Part shown: positions 17,318-25,447 of the stretch, one piece after another
Layout of the letters: every line of letters begins with the position of its first letter
How positions within the stretch are numbered: the first letter of the stretch is position 1
Assembly: GCA_000743035.1 (NCBI GenBank)
Contig: CP008936.1
Location: 330,001 to 362,000 of the forward strand
Direction of reading: 5' to 3'
DNA length: 32,000 bases
DNA from: Candidatus Paracaedimonas acanthamoebae
GTDB taxonomy: Bacteria > Pseudomonadota > Alphaproteobacteria > Caedimonadales > Caedimonadaceae
Notes under the pieces: generated by a model
What the model saw: the letters and a program-made list of their open reading frames with translations, nothing else
Told to the model about the DNA's origin: nothing
The model's database searches: none
Translations under genes and position numbers: made by a program

Positions 17318-18319
17318 ATGCGCCTTAAAACGTTCAGAGCATCGACAATGACAGAGGCTCTGCAGGAAATCAAAAAAGAATTTGGTCCAGAAGCAGTTAT
17401 TTTATCTACGCTTGAGAGAAAAAATGAAGTTTCCGTAACGGCAGCTTTAGAACATAGGAATGAATTAAACTTCAATGAAGTTGCTGCTAATGAACCACTT
17501 GGCTTTTTAAATGATTTTTGTCGTATTCTAGAACACCATCGTGTGCCAGCTGCTATTCAGGAGAGGCTTATTTGGTCCCTTTCATCTTCACAAGAAGAAA
17601 TGACAGGTAAGAGTTTTGAAGATGTACTTAATACAATCTTTAGTTTCAAACCTATTATTAACTCTAAAGGTAAATTCCTTCCGCCTGCGCGTTTAGCTCT
17701 TCTTGGGCCGCCCGGGGCTGGTAAGAGTGTAACGATTGCAAAGCTTGCATCAGAGTATGTTATGGCAGGATTTGAACCTTTTGTAATTACGCTTGATTGC
17801 TTGAAAGCGGGAGCTATTACACAACTTGAAGTTTATATGAAAGCAATTGGACTTCCTCTTCATGCAGTTGAGAATGTTAAGCAGTTTAAAAAAGTGTTAA
17901 ATGAGTCTCCCGTTAATACTTATATTTTGGTAGATACGCCAGGAATTAACCCTTACAGTAAAGATGAAGTTCAATTTTTAGAGGAAGTTGTAGATTGCTT
18001 GAATGGTGAGGTCATTCTTACGTTTCCTGCTGGTCTTGATTCTTGGGAAATTAGTGATTATTTAGGGTTATATAAAGGTTTAGGTATAAAAAGAGTTATT
18101 TTGACGAGAGCAGATATCACGCACCGATATGGAGCTTTAATAACCTCTCTTTATGAAGGCCAATTTTCCCTTGCACAAGTGAGTGCAGGACCAGAATTAG
18201 GATCACGCTTAAAAATTGGAGATTCTAAATTGCTTGCAGAACTTTTAAGGAAATTTCAAGATATTAATGCAATCCCGCATTTTTCTTTAGAAGAAGTGGC
18301 AAAGGAGCTAAGAGGGTGA
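17318..18319 (+). CDS. flhF: Flagellar biosynthesis SRP-type GTPase FlhF, short form
   Basis: N-terminal B-domain start MRLKTFRASTMTEALQEIKKEFGPEAVILS. NG domain motifs GPPGAGKSVTIAKLA, DTPG and LTRADIT. Consensus SD aaggagg. Confidence 0.88.
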   Translation: MRLKTFRASTMTEALQEIKKEFGPEAVILSTLERKNEVSVTAALEHRNELNFNEVAANEPLGFLNDFCRILEHHRVPAAIQERLIWSLSSSQEEMTGKSFEDVLNTIFSFKPIINSKGKFLPPARLALLGPPGAGKSVTIAKLASEYVMAGFEPFVITLDCLKAGAITQLEVYMKAIGLPLHAVENVKQFKKVLNESPVNTYILVDTPGINPYSKDEVQFLEEVVDCLNGEVILTFPAGLDSWEISDYLGLYKGLGIKRVILTRADITHRYGALITSLYEGQFSLAQVSAGPELGSRLKIGDSKLLAELLRKFQDINAIPHFSLEEVAKELRG

Positions 18320-19107
18320 GTATGTTAAAAATGGGCTTAAAAAATCTTAGGTTAGATCAGCAAGAAGCGCCGGAGAATATTTACTTTATTGCGTCAGGAA
18401 AAGGAGGGGTAGGAAAAACATGGTTTTCAATTACTTTTTCTCAAGCTCTTGGGCAACAAGATAAAAAAATACTTTTGTGTGATGGTGATCTTGGGCTTGC
18501 CAATATAGATATCCAATTGGGTTTAACCGCAGAGAAAGACCTTACCAGTAGTCTCATGAATTACATTGAGCTTAAAGATGTAATCATACCTTATCCTCAA
18601 GGAGGATTTGATGTAATTGCAGGTCGCTCAGGCAGCGGTACTTTGGCAACCCTTCCACCTCAAAGTTTAATATACTTAAGAGAACAACTTAAAAAATTAT
18701 CCTCTGTTTATGATATCATTTTGGTTGATTTAGGCGCAGGCGTAGGAACAACCATCCAAAATCTAATGCAAATCGCTGGGCAGTGTATCGTGGTTATTAC
18801 AGATGAACCAACTTCTTTAATGGATGCCTATGCTTTCATAAAAGTGATGCATGGACGTCGCCAAGTGCTTCCTATGAATATCATTATTAATCAAGCAGAA
18901 ACCCTAGAAGCTGGCAAAAGAACGTATGAGATCATTCAACAAGTATGTGAAAAGTTTTTAAATATGACACCTCATCTATTGGGCATCATAAGAAGAGATC
19001 CTTATGTGCGAGATACAATCTGTGCACAAACACCTATCCTAACACGTTACCCTACTGCTCCTGCGGCAGAGGATGTTAAGGGAATTGTACAGATGATTAC
19101 CAGTTAA
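18316..19107 (+). CDS. flhG: MinD/ParA-type ATPase FlhG (FleN/YlxH)
   Basis: Deviant Walker A SGKGGVGKTW, and CDGDLGLANIDIQLGL. It overlaps the flhF stop by 4 nt. Alternative ATG starts lie at 18322 and 18334. Confidence 0.85.
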   Translation: MSMLKMGLKNLRLDQQEAPENIYFIASGKGGVGKTWFSITFSQALGQQDKKILLCDGDLGLANIDIQLGLTAEKDLTSSLMNYIELKDVIIPYPQGGFDVIAGRSGSGTLATLPPQSLIYLREQLKKLSSVYDIILVDLGAGVGTTIQNLMQIAGQCIVVITDEPTSLMDAYAFIKVMHGRRQVLPMNIIINQAETLEAGKRTYEIIQQVCEKFLNMTPHLLGIIRRDPYVRDTICAQTPILTRYPTAPAAEDVKGIVQMITS

Positions 19108-19167
19108 TGAAAGTCGAAGTCATTAATGTTCTTATGTTTGAGTGTAAAACTCGCCAAAACATAAAGA

Positions 19168-20529
19168 TCATGTACTTTTTATATTTGCATCCCGTTTATA
19201 AATAACCTCTGAGAGGCTATTAATGACTTCATGAAGTGTTTGCTCATTGTCACCTTGGGCCATCAAACGAACAAGAGATTCAGTACCTGATTTCCGAACT
19301 AAAAGCCTTCCAGTTGTGCCAAGTTTTTTTTCAGCGCTATTAATCGCTTCTATAATTTTGTTATCCTCTAAAAGAGAAGAATTATTAATTTTAAAACTTT
19401 TTAGAAGTTGTGGAACAGGTTCAAACACTCGCATGATTTCACTTGCGGGCTTATTCGAAGCAATAATCATCGAAAGAGCTTGTAGAGCCGCAACAAGACC
19501 ATCTCCTGTGCGCGCATAATCACTTAAAATAATGTGTCCAGACTGTTCGCCGCCAACATTGCATGATTTTGCTCGCATATATTCAGAAACATAGCGATCG
19601 CCAACAGGCGTACGAATTAATTTTAATCCCTTATTTTCAAGGAACCATTCAAATCCTAAGTTTGTCATCACGGTACCAACAACAGCTCCACCCTTTAAAA
19701 GACCTTCGGCACTCCAAGTATTTGCAATAAGTGCTAAAAGTTGATCACCATCGATAATGCCGCCTTTCTCGTCAATCATGACAACACGGTCAGCATCACC
19801 ATCAAGCGCGATGCCTAAATCCGCCCTATATTCAAGAACAGCTTGTTTTGCAGCCTCTACGGACGTTGCCCCCACATCTTTATTGATGTTCGTTCCATCT
19901 GGGTAAACGCCAATCGGAATGATTTCTGCGCCAAGCTCCCATAAAACCGTTGGGGCCACCTTGTAAGCAGCACCATGAGCACAGTCAATAACAATGCGAA
20001 GGCCGTCAAGTCGTCTGTTCTTTGGAAAAGTATTTTTAACAAATTCGATATAGCGTCCGGTGGCATCTTCTAGACGTTTTGCGCGTCCTAAATCAGCAGG
20101 CTGGACGAGACCTTCAAGAGATTTTGAAAAAACACGTGCCTCAATTTGTTTTTCTACCGCATCGCTAAGCTTATAGCCTTCTCGGTCAAATAGTTTAATG
20201 CCATTATCATGATAAGGATTGTGAGAAGCTGAGATCACGACACCAAGATCTGCTCGAAAGGAGCGAACTAGCATAGAAATGGCGGGGGTTGGAATTGGTC
20301 CTACGAGGGTTACATCCATGCCTACAGCAATAAAGCCCGAGGTTAGAGCAGGCTCAACCATATAACCTGAAAGACGAGTGTCTTTTCCAATAACAACTTT
20401 GGGGTGGGGAGCACCTTTTTTAAAATATCGTCCGGCAGCAATGGCTAGACGCATGATTGTCTCAGGTGTCATGGGTTCTGTATTTGCCGTTCCTCGCACA
20501 CCATCAGTTCCAAAAAGCTTTCGTGACAC
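19168..20529 (-). CDS. glmM: Phosphoglucosamine mutase
   Basis: FGTDGVRG N-terminus, active-site [13 protein letters not shown], and DGDADR metal loop. GTG start follows SD aagga. Confidence 0.96.
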   Translation of the reverse strand: MSRKLFGTDGVRGTANTEPMTPETIMRLAIAAGRYFKKGAPHPKVVIGKDTRLSGYMVEPALTSGFIAVGMDVTLVGPIPTPAISMLVRSFRADLGVVISASHNPYHDNGIKLFDREGYKLSDAVEKQIEARVFSKSLEGLVQPADLGRAKRLEDATGRYIEFVKNTFPKNRRLDGLRIVIDCAHGAAYKVAPTVLWELGAEIIPIGVYPDGTNINKDVGATSVEAAKQAVLEYRADLGIALDGDADRVVMIDEKGGIIDGDQLLALIANTWSAEGLLKGGAVVGTVMTNLGFEWFLENKGLKLIRTPVGDRYVSEYMRAKSCNVGGEQSGHIILSDYARTGDGLVAALQALSMIIASNKPASEIMRVFEPVPQLLKSFKINNSSLLEDNKIIEAINSAEKKLGTTGRLLVRKSGTESLVRLMAQGDNEQTLHEVINSLSEVIYKRDANIKST

Positions 20530-20658
20530 ACTATTTTCCTTATTTAGATATTTTTCTTCTATAGGCGGCTTTAGATTAAAAAATCAAGAGTACAAATATA
20601 TATTCGAATAATGTAAGTTAAAAATAATTCGGTTAATTAATGAGAAAGGATAATGTAG

Positions 20659-21723
20659 ATGTTTGTTAACCCTCATGTTTTTTTCTTTCTTAAAGATGGC
20701 GAGATTATTGCTTGGGATTATAAAAATCATCAACAATTTGCCTTAGAAAAATTGTATTTTGAGCGTCTCGTGGATTGGTCAAAGGAAGCAGTGTTAGAGC
20801 CAGCCCCTCTTGATAAGGAGCTTGCTGAAGGAGCATTGTTATGCGCGCAACAACCCCCAAATAAGGAATGGGGCTGGGACGTCCTTGCACAAATTTATCA
20901 TATCGGAACGCGTGATATTGCAACGAACTTAGGTGAGCTTGATCCTCAGCAATGGACTAAGGAGTATCTTGAATATTGCCAAGGAATTTCTCAAGAAGCT
21001 CCTGAATTTCATACCAAACGAGAAGGGGAAGTCATAGAGCTCCCAAGCCCTAATCTTGGTTTACTGAAAAATCAAAATTTTTTAGATGTTGTGAAAGCCC
21101 GAAAGACGTGTCGGTCTTTTACAGGGGCACCTGTGCCACTTGAATATTTATCAACCTTACTCTATGTCAGTTTAGGACCATTACATGATAGATGGCAGGA
21201 TTTGGAAGACAATAATTTAATGGTACTGGGTGTTCGTAAAGCATCCCCTTCAGGTGGTGGAATTCATCCTGAAGAAGCATATATCATTGCTTTCAATGTG
21301 GAAGGATTAGAGCCAGGAGTTTATCATTATGATGCTCAACAACATTATCTGACATTGATTAAAAAAGGAGAATTTGAAAAGCAAGTTATTGAGTTGTTAT
21401 TAGGACAATTCTTTGCAAAAGGGCTTGCTTTTGGAATTTTTTTAACTTCTCGATTTGATAAGATTTGGTGGAAGTATCCTCACTCAAGAGCCTATAGAGT
21501 TGCTTTACTAGATATTGGACATGCTTCTCAAACGACACTTTTGACAGCGACAGCATTAGGGCTTCAAACTTGGCTTACAGGTGCCTTCTATGATTCAAAG
21601 GTGGAGGAATTCTTAGAAATAAAAACATCAACTGAATCTTCAATTTTCTTTATCGGTGCAGGGTATGGTGATAACCAATCGATTCCTCCTGAAATTCTTA
21701 AAATTCTGCAAGAAGAATCATGA
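20659..21723 (+). CDS. SagB/ThcOx-type dehydrogenase (nitroreductase superfamily) with an N-terminal extension of about 140 aa
   Basis: Motifs ARKTCRSFTG, ASPSGGGIHPEEAYI, GVYHYD, and a C-terminal LLDIGHASQ. These are the typical SagB-type nitroreductase blocks. Confidence 0.8.
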   Translation: MFVNPHVFFFLKDGEIIAWDYKNHQQFALEKLYFERLVDWSKEAVLEPAPLDKELAEGALLCAQQPPNKEWGWDVLAQIYHIGTRDIATNLGELDPQQWTKEYLEYCQGISQEAPEFHTKREGEVIELPSPNLGLLKNQNFLDVVKARKTCRSFTGAPVPLEYLSTLLYVSLGPLHDRWQDLEDNNLMVLGVRKASPSGGGIHPEEAYIIAFNVEGLEPGVYHYDAQQHYLTLIKKGEFEKQVIELLLGQFFAKGLAFGIFLTSRFDKIWWKYPHSRAYRVALLDIGHASQTTLLTATALGLQTWLTGAFYDSKVEEFLEIKTSTESSIFFIGAGYGDNQSIPPEILKILQEES

Positions 21724-22042
21724 ATAAATAAAGCCTTATTAAGTTTTGCTATATTGAGCAAATTCATTAGAAGCGTTTGCAAGCAATTACGGCTCAATTT
21801 TTTGGGAGAGAGTGGCATCCTGAAGCTTATACAAGAGCAGATTCTAAAGAAATGGCGCCTGAGAAACGTCTTGATATCCTTAAGTATATGGCTGAAGCAG
21901 GTCAAGATTATCAGTATAAAAGTTAATGTTAAAAGAGCTAGATGAGATGGTTTTGAAGGGCTAAAGAGATATTATCTCCTATTCCGTTGGGTAATGTATC
22001 AGCTTAATTTTGGTTATAGTCTAAATTTAAATGAGCTTAAAA

Positions 22043-22964
22043 TTATCTAACTTTTTTTAGTGAGGTCATTTTTCTGCCAAGAATGATGAGATTGCCAAGG
22101 CTGATGAGCCCAACTCCCCAGATAACGTGCGGTTCCCATTCAAACTGTTCCAAAAAAGTTGAAATTGTAAGTGCAACGATGGGTGTTATAAGCATAATAT
22201 AGGAAGCTTTCACAGGCCCAATCTGGCCAACGAGGGTTAGGTAACATCCAAAAGCAATGACCGATCCTATGATGCTTAAATAAACGAGGCTCACAACATA
22301 AGGAAATGTGCAGTCAAAGGTAAAAGGATGTCCCTCAATGCAGGCTAAGAGGATTGTCAGGATTGCACCATATCCCATCGCGTAGGCATTTGTTTGCATA
22401 ACAGGAAGATAATGCTTCTGGTTGCGCATGGAGATCATGGTACCCCATGAGGCGATGGCTGCCCCTAATAAACTAAAAAGCATTCCTCTTAGATTGTAGT
22501 TAGAAAGATGAAGGGCGCTAATTTGAGGCCAGAAAATAAAGCATATACCTATAATTCCTAATATTGCTCCACTAATAAGTTGGAAGTTAATAGGAAGGCG
22601 ATAAAAGAAAAATGAGTTTAGCATATTAAAAATTAAGACAACTGAAAAAATAACTGCGTTAACGCCACTTGAAATATGCATTGCGGCTTCGTAAGCAAAA
22701 ATAATAATTGAGTGAAAAGAGGAAAATTCCTTGAAGCACGAAGAAAAAATGGCTTCTTCTAGAAAAATTTAAATTAACTTTCTTAAAAACACACCACCCA
22801 AACAGGAGCAGAGAGGCAACTGCAAATCGATATCCAATGGAAAGAGCAGGAGCAACATTCCCAAACTGAAATTTGATCGCATACCAAGTTGAGCCCCAAG
22901 CGAGCGTCGTAATTATATAAAAAAGAGTATTTTGAAGAAAAGCAGGATTTGAGGACATATGCAA
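22043..22964 (-). pseudogene. EamA/DMT-family transporter split by a frameshift
   Basis: ORFs 22659-22964 and 22043-22681 together give a 10-TM DMT protein. The frames meet at an A5 run at 22697-22701 (T5 on the coding strand). Removing one T reads ..FSLNYYFAYEAAMHISSGVNAVIFS.., a typical EamA TM3-TM4 junction. Confidence 0.75.
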
Positions 22965-23077
22965 ACCATTAGTAATAAGCAGCTTTTATAGCACAAATGT
23001 GTAAACAAGAAACAGCAAAATTAAGAGGGCTGTATCGTATTATGGATAGGCTGAGTAGGTTTTTTTTAAGTTATTTC

Positions 23078-24154
23078 TTATCTTAAACAAGGCAAAATTT
23101 GATGCACAATATTTTGAAAAATTTTTGAAATATTGTGATGTGGTTGCTTCAACACAAAGGGTTCGCCTGTATCGCAAGCCTGGCTTAATTCATAGATAAA
23201 AGGGATCTGACCTAAGAAAGGAATTTCTTTGCGTTCTGCTTCTTGATGTGTATCTCCAAGATGAAAAAGAGGCGATGTTTCACCACAATGAGGACATTGG
23301 AAGGAACTCATGTTTTCAATGATGCCAAGCACAGGGATTTCAAGCCTTTTAAACATACTGATGGTTTTACGCGCTTCTATGAGAGCAATATCTTGGGGGG
23401 TCGTGACAATAATTGCACCTGATAAAGGCACTCTTTGGATCATCGTGAGCTGAGCATCCCCTGTGCCGGGTGGGAGGTCAACGATGAGAACATCTAGATC
23501 TTGCCAATGCACATCTTTAAAGAGCTGTTGAATCGTGGTTTGGACCATTAAACCGCGCCAAATGAGAGGTTCATCTTCATTCACAAATAAGCCAATTGAC
23601 ACGCATTGAATTCCATACTGAGTATGGGGCGTAATTTTTTTATTTTCATCGATAATTGGTTTTCCTTTAAGATTCATCATGCGAGGTAATGAGGGACCAT
23701 AAACATCGGCGTCGACAATGCCAACCTTTAATCCTTGTTGATGAAAAGTACAGGCTAAGTTAACAGCTGTTGTTGATTTTCCGACACCTCCTTTACACGA
23801 AGAAACAGCAATAATATGTCTAACGGTTGGAAGTTCATATTTACCCCGAAATTTAGGATTCGTTTTCATACTCTGTTGTGTGTTTTCTTTATGAGCAGTA
23901 AGTACGACCATTATTTTATTAACATTGGGCAATAATTTAACTTTATGTTCGATCTCTTGACGTAAGGGTTCGTAGTCCTCTGCTTTTTCTGGTGGAATGT
24001 TGATAGAGATTGTCAGATTATTTTGATCAATGTTAAGACCTGAAACCCAATCCAAAGAAACAATATTTTCCCCTGTATAAGGATCAATAATTTCTTGAAG
24101 AATGTCCATGACATCCTGAACACGGAGAGGAGATAAAGACTTAATTGGGTTCAT
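23078..24154 (-). CDS. apbC: Fe-S cluster carrier ATPase Mrp/ApbC (NBP35 family) with an N-terminal DUF59-like domain
   Basis: Motifs VSSCKGGVGKSTTAVNLA, VDLPPGTGD and CPHCGE (CxxC). Confidence 0.92.
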   Translation of the reverse strand: MNPIKSLSPLRVQDVMDILQEIIDPYTGENIVSLDWVSGLNIDQNNLTISINIPPEKAEDYEPLRQEIEHKVKLLPNVNKIMVVLTAHKENTQQSMKTNPKFRGKYELPTVRHIIAVSSCKGGVGKSTTAVNLACTFHQQGLKVGIVDADVYGPSLPRMMNLKGKPIIDENKKITPHTQYGIQCVSIGLFVNEDEPLIWRGLMVQTTIQQLFKDVHWQDLDVLIVDLPPGTGDAQLTMIQRVPLSGAIIVTTPQDIALIEARKTISMFKRLEIPVLGIIENMSSFQCPHCGETSPLFHLGDTHQEAERKEIPFLGQIPFIYELSQACDTGEPFVLKQPHHNISKIFQNIVHQILPCLR

Positions 24155-24254
24155 AAGGCTCTCTATTTGTTAGCTAAAAGGTGTAATTTAGTTTCTTATA
24201 TTCATCATTAACATTTGTCTGATTCTTTGCACAAATATTTTTCGATTTTCTTTT

Positions 24255-24283
24255 TTAGAAGAATATCTTTTGTATTCTTCTAA
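24255..24283. promoter_or_regulatory. Perfect 11-bp inverted repeat in the apbC/hydrolase divergent intergenic region
   Basis: ttagaagaata (24255-24265), loop tcttttg, tattcttctaa (24273-24283). Confidence 0.4.
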
Positions 24284-24286
24284 AAC

Positions 24287-24321
24287 ATTGTAAATTAATA
24301 AAATATAGTAAAATTTACAAT
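24287..24321. promoter_or_regulatory. Perfect 10-bp inverted repeat with a 15-nt spacer, adjacent to the previous palindrome
   Basis: attgtaaatt (24287-24296), a 15-nt A/T spacer, aatttacaat (24312-24321). It ends 20 nt before the GTG start at 24341. Confidence 0.4.
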
Positions 24322-24340
24322 AATATCTGGTGGAAGATAA

Positions 24341-25381
24341 GTGGAAATCTCATCTAAAGTTACTCATCATCTTGGTTTTATTACTCTTGAGCGTCCCCAG
24401 AGTTTAAACGCATTAAATCTCGCTATGATTACAGCTTTACATGAGATTTTAAAAGAGTGGCGCCATGACTCAAATGTTCATGCCATCATTGTCCAAGGAC
24501 AGGGAGAGCGCGCTTTTTGTGCAGGCGGTGACTTGCGGGCTGTTTATAACGCCCACCAGCGAAAAGATGTCCAGTTCCATGATGAGCTTTTTCGCAAAGA
24601 ATACACGCTTAACTTAGAAATAGCCAGATTTTCTAAGCCATATATGAGCTTTATTCATGGCTTTGCAATGGGGGGAGGTTTGGGTCTTTCAGTTCATGGT
24701 TCACATCGTATTGTCGCGGAAAATGTTCAGCTGGCGATGCCGGAGACTAAAATAGGTTATTTTCCCGATGTGGGCGCTAGTCATTTTTTAAATAATGCGC
24801 CAGGATCTTTGGGAATGTACCTTGCACTTACTGGGAATAGTATTGGGGCAAGCAATAGTCTTTATGCTGGATTGGCAACGCATTTTGTACCCCAGGAACG
24901 GCATTCTCAAGTGATCGAAGCTTTGTTTGAAATCGATGCCTCGCAGCCTGGAAATATTGATAAAATACTTGAAAAATACTCAGAAAAATTGCCTGAGGCA
25001 CCTTTGCAGGCTCAACAAGCTAAGATTGATGCCTTATTTCATCACCCAACATTAGAGAAAATTTTCCAAGCTTTAGAAAATGATCGATCTTCATTTTCTC
25101 AGGAGAGTCTCAGAATTTTAAAAATGCGCTCACCCACAAGCTTAAAAATCACCTTTGAGCTTTTAAAGAGAAATAAGGGAAAAAGTCTGGAAGACGCGAT
25201 TGAAACCGAATTTCAGCTTAGCCAAGTGTTTATAAAGAATCATGATTTTTTTGAGGGCATCCGAGCTTTATTAATTGATAAAGATCAAAAACCTGCGTGG
25301 TCCCCTGCCAAGATTGAAGAAATCAATTTTTCTATCGTAGACAAATATTTCAACCACAAAATAAAATCATTGGAAAAATAA
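24341..25381 (+). CDS. Enoyl-CoA hydratase/isomerase family protein, 3-hydroxyisobutyryl-CoA hydrolase-like
   Basis: Crotonase-fold blocks RAFCAGGDLRA, GFAMGGGLGLS and MPETKIGYFPDVG. A C-terminal helical domain is typical of HIBCH-type hydrolases. GTG start follows SD ggtggaag. Confidence 0.85.
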   Translation: MEISSKVTHHLGFITLERPQSLNALNLAMITALHEILKEWRHDSNVHAIIVQGQGERAFCAGGDLRAVYNAHQRKDVQFHDELFRKEYTLNLEIARFSKPYMSFIHGFAMGGGLGLSVHGSHRIVAENVQLAMPETKIGYFPDVGASHFLNNAPGSLGMYLALTGNSIGASNSLYAGLATHFVPQERHSQVIEALFEIDASQPGNIDKILEKYSEKLPEAPLQAQQAKIDALFHHPTLEKIFQALENDRSSFSQESLRILKMRSPTSLKITFELLKRNKGKSLEDAIETEFQLSQVFIKNHDFFEGIRALLIDKDQKPAWSPAKIEEINFSIVDKYFNHKIKSLEK

Positions 25382-25447
25382 AAAGCTGGCCTGTTGGCTT
25401 AGAGAGTGGTTAAAGTCATCTAATTTCATGAATTAAAGTCGTTTAGA

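Noticed and set aside
21588-21945. Track ORFs 21588-21905 (-) and 21754-21945 (+) downstream of the SagB-like gene.
   Set aside because: The minus ORF overlaps the 3' end of the SagB-like gene antisense. The plus ORF has a non-ATG start, no SD and a Leu/Ile/Lys-rich composition typical of random AT-rich frames.
20659-22964. The idea that SagB-like, small ORFs and the EamA exporter form a thiazole/oxazole peptide (TOMM) biosynthetic cluster.
   Set aside because: No YcaO or E1-like cyclodehydratase and no Cys/Ser/Thr-rich precursor are present, and the exporter is convergent and frameshifted. It is reported only as an orphan enzyme worth checking, not as a cluster.
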